NCBI GenBank assembly: GCA_030141605.1
Contig: JAQGDQ010000810.1
Location: 29,212-93,211, forward strand
Length of the DNA stretch: 64,000 nucleotides
Reading direction: 5' to 3'
DNA from: Tubiluchus corallicola
Taxonomy: Eukaryota > Animalia > Priapulida
The position numbers and the translations under genes are program-made. Of this stretch, positions 12,380 to 25,000 are shown piece by piece; positions within the stretch are counted from its first letter, which is position 1, and each line of letters opens with the position of its first letter. The notes beneath the pieces are model-generated. The model had not been told where the DNA came from. It worked only from the letters and a program-made list of their open reading frames with translations, and searched no databases.

Positions 12380-12929
12380 TAATTGAGTAAAGTCCACGTA
12401 AAACAAGTGAAGTTACTAAAAGGATACAGCAGACGGCTTTGCTTTACCGAAGTCACGTGACTATTGTATTTAAGATGCATTGTCACATGACTATTGTAGT
12501 TAAGATGCAAAGTACTTAACGTTTGACCTACAGCATCTGCACGTGCGCACAACCTTTACCGCCCCAAATTCCCGTCTTTCAAATGCTGGCAAACTCAAAC
12601 ATTTTGTTGTCAATGTGCAAGTGTTTGACAGTGAAAACAATTCTCAAGAGTTTTTATGCTTGTATTGTTTACAAATTTCAGTCAGTTTTCTATATTTTCT
12701 ACAACAGCCTGCTAACAATTGAATGCAGTTACACTAATAAGTCTTCACGATTTCGTTGTGCGCACGCGCAGTTGCTGTAGGTCAAAGGTTAAGTGCTATG
12801 CATATTAACTACAACAGTCACGTGACAATGCATCTTAAATACAATAGTCACGTGACTTGTTGGTAAAGCAAAGCTGTCTGCTGTATCCTTTTAGAAACTT
12901 CACTTGTTTTACGTGGATTTTACTTAATT
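12380..12929. mobile_element. Foldback MITE with ~175-bp inverted arms
   Basis: 12380-12553 is the reverse complement of 12755-12929 (e.g. aaaaggatacagcagac/gtctgctgtatcctttt). Confidence 0.85.
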
Positions 12930-14073
12930 GTGCATTAGACTGTGATTTTCTAGCAGGATCTTGCTTGGGAACAAGAAAAAATGGACTGCGTAAGATTCTA
13001 GCTAGCTGTTAAAATATGTTAAAACTGCTACTATTACAGTAGCTTTGGCTGTGAGGTATTGTCAAGTGTACTCAAATGGTTTCACGATCATCATCAATCG
13101 CTTCAAAAAGGCTTTCTGAATGCACGCACTAATTACCATCAGTTCATACATAGAACGTTTTCACGGAATGTAACAGCTGCTGATATGTTTACTCTGTTTT
13201 TCTTTACCGGAAAGTTTATAAATAAGTTGATATTTGAACAGCTACAAAACTTGGAATATTTCAAAAAATTCTTTTGGCTATTTTCTCGGAAAAGAGTTAT
13301 TCAACTTTTACACATGTAGACGACTTTTCAGGGAGAACTGCAGTAGTCTGTGTTGGGTATCAGAAGGGCTAAAAGTTATTCTGATAAAATTTGTCACAAA
13401 GTTTTCATAATTATATAATACTAATTTGCTCTCCAAATCAAAAAATTGAAAAACAAAATTTTTGCACATCAGAGACAAATTTCATTTACGTTCAGTGTAT
13501 GTGTGCTTTTATCGTAGGAAGCTGATGAAACTGCTTAAATGTTCATGGTCAGGAAGAAGTTACGTCCTAGGAACATACATGATAAAAATTTATGTACAGT
13601 CAACTTTGGATATAAATCTCGGGACCGGAAAAAACCGTCCCTTATAGCCGAAGTTGAGTCAGAGCGAGGGTGTATCTAGACCTGTACTTTTACTCATATT
13701 TTTATGGATTATTGCTACACATTCAGTGCAAACGGTATGTAGGAAGCTCCTTCAATGATGCAAGATGTATGTGAGTGCGGAAACCGAGCTGTTCGAAGGC
13801 CGAGTTTGCGAAAAATTGAGGTTAAAAATCGATAATTTTGCTTTGATGATAGGGTCCTTTATATGTGAAGTAATTTACCTGGGTTTCTATTACATGAGAC
13901 TGTTACATAATACTGCAAGTCTCTATTACTGCAAGTCACTAATAGTGTAGAACATTTAAGGGTAAAATTCAATAATTCTTTGATTATTTTTGCATAAAAC
14001 TATAGAGCAATTTTTACTGAGAATTTCTGAAAGTGTTAATTTCACTTGTCTGATGAGTTTAATTTACAAACAG

Positions 14074-14395
14074 GTCACTAGTCAAGCAATTACCATCAGT
14101 TCTGCAGCCGTATCTTGCGTCACCTCACACACGTCGTCGGCGGTCAGCTTTCCGGCTACTTTCTCTGCAGACATATCAACTCAGGGACTTGTGTTTATGG
14201 ACATCGGTCAGAACGTGCCGGATTTCATTCAGTCTGGCGTGAAAGTTGACGGAGTGTCGCAGGCGCAGCCTACCACGGAGTCTCCGGCATTACCTCCTGC
14301 GCGTGCGGTTGCGCTGCCGACCTATCGAGAACCGGCGTCCGAGCCCAAAGCAATAACCTTCCATGTCCAGCAGCTGGTCAACTACATTGGACAAA
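14074..14395 (+). CDS. Gene A exon
   Basis: aacag acceptor, CAAA|GTAAGT donor, phase 0/1. Confidence 0.78.
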
Positions 14396-14779
14396 GTAAG
14401 TTGGGCGAAGGTTTTTAACTGTCTTCCGTTCTGCTTAGCGCACAGACCTTTGGTATTAATATGGATAATATTTGTAGGAAAATATTGATTTTAAAAGTAA
14501 CATTATTTTAGGCTTTACTTGGGTTTCCTTAGCACTTCTAGTTAGCAAAGCCCTACGTGTTTTGAGCTTTTATGGCGCATTTAGCCTAGCGAAAAGATTT
14601 CTGTCTGACAGTACACTCGCATGTGTGAGCTGATTTGGGAGTTACTGTGAGCAAGTTGATTTCCCGTGAGTTACTGTCTCGTGTGAACACCTCGACCAGT
14701 TACTCTCTACACTTCTCGCAGTGAATAGAGAAGCTCGCGTTTACTGTGAGAGAGTAACTCACGGGGAGTTTTGACTATA

Positions 14780-16680
14780 GTCTGAACGTGCTTGCTAGTT
14801 ACTTGATGAGTTTATCTGACGAGAAAGTTTGCTAGTCTGAACGTCTTGCTAGTTACTTGATGAGTTTATTTGGCAAGAATGCTTGCTAGTCTGAACGTGT
14901 TTGCTAGTTACTTGACGAGTTTATTTGGCAAGAATTGCTTGCTAGTCTGAACGTGTTTGCTAGTTACTTGACGAGTTTATTTGGCAAGAATTGCTTGCTA
15001 GTCTGAACGTGCTTGCTACTTTCTTGACAAGTTTATTTGGCAAGAATGCTTGCTAGTCTGAACGTGTTTGCTAGTTACTTGACGAGTTTATTTGGCAAGA
15101 ATTGCTTGCTAGTCTGAACGTGTTTGCTAGTTACTTGACGAGTTTATTTGGCAAGAATTGCTTGCTAGTCTGAACGTGCTTGCTACTTTCTTGACAAGTT
15201 TATTTGGCAAGAATGCTTGCTAGTCTGAACGTGTTTGCTAGTTACTTGACGAGTTTATTTGGCAAGAATTGCTTGCTAGTCTGAACGTGTTTGCTAGTTA
15301 CTTGACGAGTTTATTTGGCAAGAATTGCTTGCTAGTCTGAACGTGCTTGCTACTTTCTTGACAAGTTTATTTGGCAAGAATGCTTGCTAGTCTGAACGTG
15401 TTTGCTAGTTACTTGACGAGTTTATTTGGCAAGAATTGCTTGCTAGTCTGAACGTGTTTGCTAGTTACTTGACGAGTTTATTTGGCAAGAATTGCTTGCT
15501 AGTCTGAACGTGCTTGCTACTTTCTTGACAAGTTTATTTGGCAAGAATGCTTGCTAGTCTGAACGTGTTTGCTAGTTACTTGACGAGTTTATTTGGCAAG
15601 AATTGCTTGCTAGTCTGAACGTGTTTGCTAGTTACTTGACGAGTTTATTTGGCAAGAATTGCTTGCTAGTCTGAACGTGCTTGCTACTTTCTTGACAAGT
15701 TTATTTGGCAAGAATGCTTGCTAGTCTGAACGTGTTTGCTAGTTACTTGACGAGTTTATTTGGCAAGAATTGCTTGCTAGTCTGAACGTGTTTGCTAGTT
15801 ACTTGACGAGTTTATTTGGCAAGAATTGCTTGCTAGTCTGAACGTGCTTGCTACTTTCTTGACAAGTTTATTTGGCAAGAATGCTTGCTAGTCTGAACGT
15901 GTTTGCTAGTTACTTGACGAGTTTATTTGGCAAGAATTGCTTGCTAGTCTGAACGTGTTTGCTAGTTACTTGACGAGTTTATTTGGCAAGAATGCTTGCT
16001 AGTCTGAACGTGCTTGCTAGTTACTTGACGCGTTTATTTGGCAAGAATTGCTTGCTAGTCTGAACGTGTTTGCTAGTTACTTGACGAGTTTATTTGGCAA
16101 GAATGCTTGCTAGTCTGAACGTGTTTGCTAGTTACTTGACGAGTTTATTTGGCAAGAATGCTTGCTAGTCTGAACGTGCTTGCTACTTTCTTGACAAGTT
16201 TATTTGGCAAGAAAGCTTGCTAGTCTGAACGTGCTTGCTAGTTACTTGACGAGTTTATTTGGCGAGAAAGCTTGCTAGTCTGAACGTGTTTGCTAGTTAC
16301 TTGACGAATTTATTTGGCAAGAATTGCTTGCTAGTCTGAACGTGTTTGCTAGTTACTTGACGAGTTTATTTGGCAAGAATGCTTGCTAGTCTGAACGTGT
16401 TTGCTAGTTACTTGACGAGTTTATTTGGCAAGAATGCTTGCTAGTCTGAACGTGCTTGCTACTTTCTTGACAAGTTTATTTGGCAAGAAAGCTTGCTAGT
16501 CTGAACGTGCTTGCTAGTTACTTGACGAGTTTATTTGGCGAGAAAGCTTGCTAGTCTGAACGTGTTTGCTAGTTACTTGACGAATTTATTTGGCAAGAAT
16601 TGCTTGCTAGTCTGAACGTGTTTGCTAGTTACTTGACGAGTTTATTTGGCAAGAGTTGCTTGCTAGTCTGAATGTGCCGT
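14780..16680. repeat. 55/56-bp minisatellite (~34 copies) derived from a Harbinger-like MITE end
   Basis: Unit gctagtctgaacgtgtttgctagttacttgacgagtttatttggcaagaattgctt; 167-bp trimer periodicity. Confidence 0.96.
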
Positions 16681-16882
16681 TACTTTGTGGTAGCCATTAA
16701 CTATTCAGTTCAGGAGAGGGATGAATAGAATGGTTTACCCATGGTGACTCAAAACAAGACGCTTGTCTGCAATTCGGTGATTACAAATGAATCGCTTGAA
16801 ACAAAAATTTCACTCATTTTGTACTTGAGACTAAAGTTCCTCTTTTCTAGCTCTTGTAAATGCTTTATTATTTCTGTTTCAG

Positions 16883-16915
16883 GCTGGTTAGACATCGAGT
16901 CTGAGATGAAAAGAG
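16883..16915 (+). CDS. Gene A microexon (SWLDIESEMKR)
   Basis: tttctgtttcag acceptor, GAG|GTAAGG donor, phase 1/1. Confidence 0.72.
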
Positions 16916-17099
16916 GTAAGGAGTTTCATTTTCATCATCAGCAGTCAATGAAAAGTATTCAGTTCGTTTATAATTGTGTATTTACGAAACTTACTGTGAC
17001 TTAAACATGACAGTTTCTGCTTTCTCTGTTTCTTTCTTCCAAAATGTTCTCTCGGCTAATTATGTATGCTAATTAGATGCTAATTAGTATCGGAGTGAG

Positions 17100-19232
17100 A
17101 GTGGGGGTAGATGGGGCTCCTTAGCCTTGGCCGGCAATCCATCTAGGTGAAGGAAAACACTGATCACAAACCTCCACTGCCTTGTGGCTATACCCTCCGT
17201 GGGGAAGGCTCCGGGAGTAAACCCCAAGGAAAAATCTGGAGCTGGAGTCCCTATAGGCGCGTCATGTTGCATAGCACCATGATTCCGACAACTCCTGAAG
17301 TAGCAGATGTACTGGCTCCGCCTTTCCCATGGATCATACTTCTGGCGTGGAGAGACTGAGGCTGGTGACCTGGTGCAATCCCTCCCTCCCTTTAAACCAA
17401 GTCATGATGACAGGTCACCACCTGGCCTGGAGAGAGTGAGGCTGGCGACTTGGTGCAATCCCTCCCTCAGTTTAAACCAAGTCACGCACAAGTCATGATG
17501 ACAGGTCACCACCTGGTGTGGAGAGAGTGAGGCTGGCGACCTGGTGCAATCCCTCCCTCGCTCACTTTAAACCAAGTCACGCACAAGTCATGATGACAGG
17601 TCACCACCTGGCGTGGAGAGAGTGAGGCTGGCGACCTGGTGCAATCCCTCCCTCACTTTAAACCAAGTTACGCACAAGTCATGATGACAGGTCACCACCT
17701 GGCGTGGAGAGAGTGAGGCTGGCAACCTGGTGCAATCCCTCCCTCACTTTAAACCAAGTCACGCACAAGTCATGATGACAGGTCACCACCTGGTGTGGAG
17801 AGAGTGAGGCTGGCGACCTGGTGCAATCCCTCCCTCACTTTAAACCAAGTCATGCACAAGTCATGATGACAGGTCACCACCTGGCGTGGAGAGAGTGAGG
17901 CTGGCGACCTGCTGCAATCCCTCTCTCACTTTAAACCAAGTCACGCACAAGTCATGATGACAGGTCACCACCTGGCGTGGAGAGAGTGAGGCTGGTGACC
18001 TGGTGCAATCCCTCCTTCACTTTAAACCAAAGTCACGCACAAGTCATGATGACAGGTCACCACCTGGCGTGGAGAGAGTGAGGCTGGTGACCTGGTGCAA
18101 TCCCTCTCTCACTTTAAACCAAGTCATGCACAAGTCATGATGACAGGTCACCACCTAGCATGGAGAGAGTGAGGCTGGTGACCTGGTGCAATCCCTCTCT
18201 CACTTTAAACCAAGTCACGCACAAGTCATGATGACAGGTCACCACCTAGCATGGAGAGAGTGAGACTGGCGACCTGGTGCAATCCCTCCCTCACTTTAAA
18301 CCAAGTCATGCACAAGTCATGATGACAGGTCACCACCTAGCGTGGAGAGAGTGAGGCTGGTGACCTGGTGCAATCCCTCCCTCACTTTAAACCAAGTCAC
18401 GCACAAGTCATGATGACAGGTCACCACCTGGCCTGGAGAGAGTGAGGCTGGTGACCTAGTGCAATCCCTCCCTCACTTTAAACCAAGTCACGCACAAGTT
18501 ATGATGACAGGTCACCACCTGGCGAGGAGAGAGTGAGGCTGGCAACCTGGTGCAATCCCTCCCTCCCTCACTTTAAACCAAGTCACGCACAAGTTATGAT
18601 GACAGGTCACCACCTGGCGTGGAGAGAGTGAGGCTAGCGACCTGGTGCAATCCCTCCCTCACTTTAAACCAAGTCACGCACAAGTCATGATGACAAGTCA
18701 CCACCTGGCATGGAGAGAATGAGGCTGGCGACCTGGTGCAATCCCTCCCTCCCTCACTTTAAACCAAGTCACGCACAAGTCATGATGACAGGTCACCACC
18801 TGGCGTGGAGAGAATGAGGCTGGCGACCTGGTGCAATCCCTTCCTCACTTTAAACCAAGCCACGCACAAGTTATGATGACAGGTCACCACCTGGCGTGGA
18901 GAGAGTGAGGCTGGCGACCAGGTGCAATCCTTCCCTCTGTTTAAACCAAGTCACACACAAATCATGATGACAGGTCACCACCTGGCGTGGAGAGAGTGAG
19001 GCTGGCGACCTGGTGCAATCCCTCCCTCACTTTAAACCAAGTCACGCACAAGTCATGATGACAGGTCACCACCTGGCGTGGAGAGAGTGAGGCTGGCGAC
19101 CTGGTGCAATCCCTCCCTCACTTTAAACCAAGTCATGATGACAGGTCCATCAATGGAATCACAACCCCCCAAACTGACATTTTATCCCTGTCACTATGGT
19201 CATCTTCGATTCGAAGGACGAACATCATCATC
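17100..19232 (+). mobile_element. Non-autonomous RTE-like retroelement with an internal array
   Basis: RTE-type 5' motif ggcaatccatctaggtgaaggaaaacactgatcacaaacc; (CAT)n tail at ~19223-19232; degenerate TSD agtatcggagtgag/agtaatggagggag. Confidence 0.6.
17342..19146. repeat. 91-bp minisatellite, ~20 copies
   Basis: Unit gtcatgatgacaggtcaccacctggcgtggagagagtgaggctggcgacctggtgcaatccctccctcactttaaaccaagtcacgcacaa. Confidence 0.96.
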
Positions 19233-19802
19233 AGTAATGGAGGGAGCAAATATTACGAGATAATCATTGTAATGGCGTTTGATGATCATGAATATGTTAT
19301 TGTTAAGTCAGTGTCTTCATGATTGCAAAGTCATGGTTATATACAATTACTGCTTGCTTTCTTACTATAAAAAATATGTACCAAGTATTTGGGTAACTAA
19401 TTCAACTACTTTTCCTTATTGGCGTATTTTTAACAGTCCTGGAGTAATGCATTGTCTGTATAAATTACTTGTAAATGTATGTGGCAACTGTCAAAAAATT
19501 GATTTAACACGAGATACTCATTAAAAAATGTGGATTTCTCTAACAACTACTGAAAAATGCCCGCTTTTGAAATGTTTGTATATTTTTTTGGACATGTGGT
19601 AAACCATTTCGTAGATCATTTCAAGCTCTGCAAATCCCGCTATTCTTTTGCCTATAATGAAGATTGCTAGCTTTGCGTGGTTGTCTAAAGTATATGTAAA
19701 ACATCAAATTTGCGAAAACTAGTGCATACTTAAACAAAATTCGCTGTACCCAGCTTTGAAGTTTCTCTCACCTTTTTACCTTGTCTCATTTTTGACCATA
19801 TT

Positions 19803-20302
19803 CAGGGATGAGAATTTTTTGCGGATACGCGGAATTCCGAGTTTTTGTAAGACCAGTGGTGCCATTTTTGTAAATTGCGTAAATTCGTTGAGGAAATTTT
19901 TACGGACCCAGTACATTATTTCACAAACTGACCGCTAGTTGGCAGGTCGTCACTTTGTTTACATCACGTACATCAGTGTAACCATGTGTATATCTCTATG
20001 TATAAAAATATAGAATAAATTGTGCGGAGTTATTTGAGTCAATTGCAGACAGTTTTTATATACTTTTGTATAGGAGCGACCAGTACTTAGACGTTTTTGA
20101 GACAATTATGTATCATGTATCCTTGATAGTTGGGTATTTTAAATTATGCATGAAACAAGGTAATTGATATTTTAAGTTCACTTAGAGGCTCTCTATGGTT
20201 ACAAAATTGCTATTTGTTGCTGGCTGCAATTGGAGCTTCGCCTTGGACCCTTTGACGCGGCCCCCAAAACCCGTTTCAGAGTTTTTTCCATTCTCATCCC
20301 TG
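19803..20302. mobile_element. MITE with 6-bp TSD (second copy)
   Basis: Same TIR as 9471-9989; catatt flanks both sides. Confidence 0.9.
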
Positions 20303-20617
20303 CATATTGCAAAAAACTGCACTGCACTTTCTGCTTGTATTCTTGCAAAACATAAAAGCTTTTCACCTTACTTATGTGTTCAGTGCTCAGACAAGCTCAA
20401 ACGTGTGTGATCTTGCAGTGATTCTACAACTGCCCTACGTTACCTATAATCATATATGGAGTCTACAGACTTAATTAGACCCACGTCTGCATTTGTTTAC
20501 TTAGAATATCATATGCCATCTGATAGTTTTTAAGTGTTATTTCGATTTCTAAACCTCCTTCATGTTTTGTGATTGTACTTCAAAATTTCTTATACCAATT
20601 CATCAATTTTCTTCCAG

Positions 20618-20658
20618 GTAATCCGCGAATAACCCATCTGGGAAAGTTCCTAAACTGA
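20618..20658 (+). CDS. Gene A last coding exon (GNPRITHLGKFLN*)
   Basis: ttttcttccag acceptor, phase 1, TGA at 20656-20658; followed by long UTR-like sequence with AATAAA candidates near 22360 and 25440. Confidence 0.62.
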
Positions 20659-23487
20659 CGTGCGATTAGAAACTCCTAGTTGTTGAGAACGGGAACTTTC
20701 CCTTTCGGTGACGGATTCCTTGGTGATAGTAGTTTATAGTTACCGTAATCTGTGTTAAATTTACGATCGTGACCGTTTGTGGCATTTACAATCCTTAGCG
20801 ATTGTTAGTGACGATTTATAACGAACATCGAATAAACAGTCGCTGAATGTGCTTTGTGTAAGTGAGACTTCGAGAGCAGACTTTAGACTGCCGTTCCAGC
20901 TCAGTTAAATCGTAGCGTGATCGTCGATGCACGCTTCACATCGTTTTGTCGCCGCTCGCCGCTTTCGGTTTTTTCTCCGTGTGATTATGCAACGACAAAA
21001 ATCAATACAGCGTGTGCAATGCAAAAAGAACTAGTTGCTGTGTGTTTTTTCTAAGAAGCTTACCTGACTCGGGTTTAAATTGTCAGCGTGACTCTTGAAC
21101 GCAAACGTAAGCATGTGTGTAATGTGTTACTGGTATTCTGATCAAACTTGTGTAGCTTGCTGTCCATTTGCTTGGCTACGTCTTGACTTTGCGGTCCGCA
21201 TGACTGTTTTATCGGACCTAACGACGGGCCAGACGATGCTTTCGCGTTCCAAAAGGAAGAAACTGTCGTCGAATGAAGAGTTGGTGCTTTCTCGTCCTGA
21301 AAACTCTTTTGATTACGTCTGAGTGACCGTATTCTGTCTCTCTGAGTGACCGTATTCGGTGTGTCGCCTTTTTGTTGTTTGTGCGCTTGAGTTATTGACG
21401 TTATACATGTTATTACGGAGTAATATATTGTACGTAACCACGTAAGGTAGTTGTTTTTCCACAGTTAGAAACCATTGTGCTTTGGCAGGTTGTTTTTGCC
21501 AAGAAGAACGTTTTGTTTTGTAGCAGTAACTCTTGTTTTCCTTCCGTTATTTGCTAATTGTGCCAAATTGATGGTAAGCGTGTCACGACCATCAAACTGC
21601 GAAAATTTTTATGGCAGTTTTCTTGTCGGTTTGTTTAAGCTTCTCTCGTGATGTCTTGACGTTTCAAACATTACTGATAGGTGGCGCTGTTGCGTTAAAA
21701 CTAGGATAAAATTAGCTAAATTGTTCTAAAGCTTGGCGAAGCATTGTCTGTCAATTCTAATCAGTGCTCTAATGTGCAACCACAAGTATTTATGTTTGTA
21801 ATGTTATGTAAAATGCATGAAAAAAATAAATTTTTGTTCGCATGGCACACGTTTGTGGTACAAACTAAGTTCCAAAAGAATTCCCACCTGCCGATGCCTT
21901 CATCGCCGGCACATCTTAGTTATTTTTTGTTCATTAAATAACAGCCTGTTAAGTAAGAACTAATGTACGACTGCTTGCAATTTTTTTTTAACAAACATGG
22001 GATCTTGTGCTCAAAGTAAGCATTTCTCGGCGTGTTACAGTCGGGGATGTTGCCGGTAATTGCGCTTTCGGTTGAGTTTTGTTTTCGTCGGAAATTAAGT
22101 TTTCTAACCGAGACTTTGGTAATTTTCCGTAGCATTTTCCCGAGATTTTGATACTATCTATCTCACTTACCCGTTTTCTCCTATATCTTAAAATTTTGGC
22201 TAAAATAGTTCAAATAAAGCGTAAATATCATTTATTTAACCTTTTGTACCATTTGTAGCGTGCTTTTTACAGCAATGCGGGATATCTTCACTGCTGACAA
22301 CTGTGAAGCTTTAAGGTGTCCAGACTCGATTAACCGAAATGCCAAAGCGTAATTTGAATAAAATAAACTTTAATTTTATAATTTATGAAATATAGGCAAC
22401 AAAATATTTACAAAATAAAATTTGTCAATTTTTTTGGAACATCGTAGTGTTTAACCGTAAACATTGTTTTACTTTCTTAGTCGGAATTTTTTGCTTGGCT
22501 ACTTCATCATTCATTTATTTCAGATTGTTTTTCGGTTTTTATAGTAGTTGGTTTTGCAAAAATGAATTCAGTGCAGTTTTATTTCGGCATCAGTCTCCTT
22601 TAATTCCAAAATTTTCGTTTCGGTTTGTAATTTCAGTTTCGGTAACGTCCCTGCTCACAACACACATAAACATAAGATTGTTTCTTGGCTTTTTATGATT
22701 GCTTAGTAAAAAAACAGCCATGTTCATAAAAAAATGTGAAACGCCCACTTATAACTGTTGTGATGCTTTGTTCCGGGTAAATGCAAAGTAAAATGTGTCT
22801 TACCTCAGCATTTAGAGGAAAATCTTCCCCTGCTCCTTGCTGTATTTTGCTATCAGAATAGTTAACCAAGAGTTATTAACCGATACTTTAATACGGCCTT
22901 GTGTGAACTTATCATGTGAATGAATTGATTAAGTTGTGATTGGATCCGATTGCATCCCTAGTCTTGTGATGTTCATTGTTCTTGGGGTATGGTAGAACTT
23001 GTAATCTAATCGGCTATGCATTAGGCAGTTGCTTACACGCAAGCGGGTAATGTGTAGTAATTGACAGATAGCTTTAAAGCAAGCTTTAAACGTGCAAGGT
23101 TTTTGCTATGCACTTTACATGATGTAAATTATTTTCAGGTACGCAAAAGAACCCGGGTTTAATTCCTAGTTGAAATCGGGTATTGTACGGTTGCTTTTGA
23201 ACCACTACGTTAAGTTTTTTGCTGTAGGATTGCGTGTTTCTGATCGTTTTTAATTCTGAGTTGTTGTTGGCACGTGAAAAGGATGAGGTGTTTTCAAGAA
23301 GACCACGTTGCAGCTTACAAGAAACATAAAATCTTCTTGTTTTTTTTAATTTCATTGTTCAGTTTGCTTGCACAGTCTCACTGGCTTTCCTTTTTTGCAA
23401 ATGTATCTTGTAATTTTGCTCACAAGTGTGAAGGATTTCAAAAAGTGTTCCATCAATTGTTTTCCACTGTAAGAACTGAATATAATT

Positions 23488-25000
23488 TATCTGATTGTTG
23501 AGTTGCATCGTTTGTTGTCTCTGCTGTGCCGTAAACAATGTTTTTCCAACCCTTATCTGATTGTTGGGTTGCATTGTTTGTTGTCTCTGCTGTGCTGTAA
23601 ACAATGTTTTCCAACCCTCATCTGATTGTTGGGTTGCATTGTTTGTTGTCTCTGCTGTGCTGTAAACAATGTTTCTCCAACCCTCATCTGATTGTTGGGT
23701 TGCATTGTTTGTTGTCTCTGCTGTGCTGTAAACAATGTTTTCCAACCCTTACCTGATTGTTGAGTTGCATTGTTTGTTGTCTCTGCTGTGCTGTAAACAA
23801 TGTTATTCCAACCCTTACCTGATTGTTGGGTTGCATTGTTTGTTGTCTCTGCTGTGCTGTAAACAATGTTTTTCCAACCCTTACCTGATTGTTGGGTTGC
23901 ATTGTTTGTTGTCTCTGCTATGTCGTAAACAATGTTTTTCCACCCCTTATCTGATTGTTGGGTTGCATTGTTTGTTGTCTCTGCTGTGCTGTAAACAATG
24001 TTTTTCCAACCCCTACCTGATTGTTCGGTTGCATTGTTTGTTGTCTCTGCTGTGCTGTAAACAATGTTTTTCCACCCCTTACCTGATTGTTGGGTTGCAT
24101 TGTTTGTTGTCTCTGCTGTGCTGTAAACAATGTTTTCCAACCCTTACCTGATTGTTGAGTTGCATTGTTTGTTGTCTCTGCTGTGCTGTAAACAATGTTT
24201 TTCCAACCCTTATCTGATTGTTGGGTTGCATTGTTTGTTGTCTCTGCTGTGCTGTAAACAATGTTTTCCAACCCTTACCCGATTGTTGAGTTGCATTGTT
24301 TGTTGTCTCTGCTGTGCTGTAAACAATGTTTTTCCACCCCTTATCGGATTGTTGAGTTGCATTGTTTGTTGTCTCTGCTATGCCGTAAACAATGTTTTTC
24401 CACCCCTTATCTGATTGTTGGGTTGCATTGTTTGTTGTCTCTGCTATGCCGTAAACAATGTTTTTCCACCCCTTATCTGATTGTTGGGTTGCATTGTTTG
24501 TTGTCTCTGCTATGCTGTAAACAATTTTTTTCCACCCCTTATCGGATTGTTGGGTTGCATTGTTTGTTGTCTCTGCTATGCTGTAAACAATGTTTTTCCA
24601 CCCCTTATCGGATTGTTGGGTTGCATTGTTTGTTGTCTCTGCTATGCTGTAAACAATGTTTTTCCACCCCTTATCGGATTGTTGGGTTGCATTGTTTGTT
24701 GTCTCTGCTGTGCTGTAAACAATGTTTTCCAACCCTCATCTGATTGTTGGGTTGCATTGTTTGTTGTCTCTGCTGTGCTGTAAACAATGTTTTCCAACCC
24801 TCATCTGATTGTTGGGTTGCATTGTTTGTTGTCTCTGCTGTGCTGTAAACAATGTTTTTCCAACCCTTACCTGATTGTTCGGTTGCATTGTTTGTTGTCT
24901 CTGCTGTGCTGTAAACAATGTTTTTCCAACCCTTACCTGATTGTTGGCTTGCATTGTTAGTTGTCTCTGCTGTGCTGTAAACAATGTTATTCCAACCCTT
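23488..25000. repeat. 65/66-bp minisatellite, ~23 copies
   Basis: Unit ctgattgttgggttgcattgtttgttgtctctgctgtgctgtaaacaatgtttttccaacccttac. Confidence 0.96.

Noticed and set aside
17342-19146. CRISPR-like appearance of the regular arrays (also 14.8, 23.5, 32.5, 37.0 and 52.4 kb)
   Set aside because: Units repeat in full with no unique spacers, no cas genes are present, and the context is eukaryotic.
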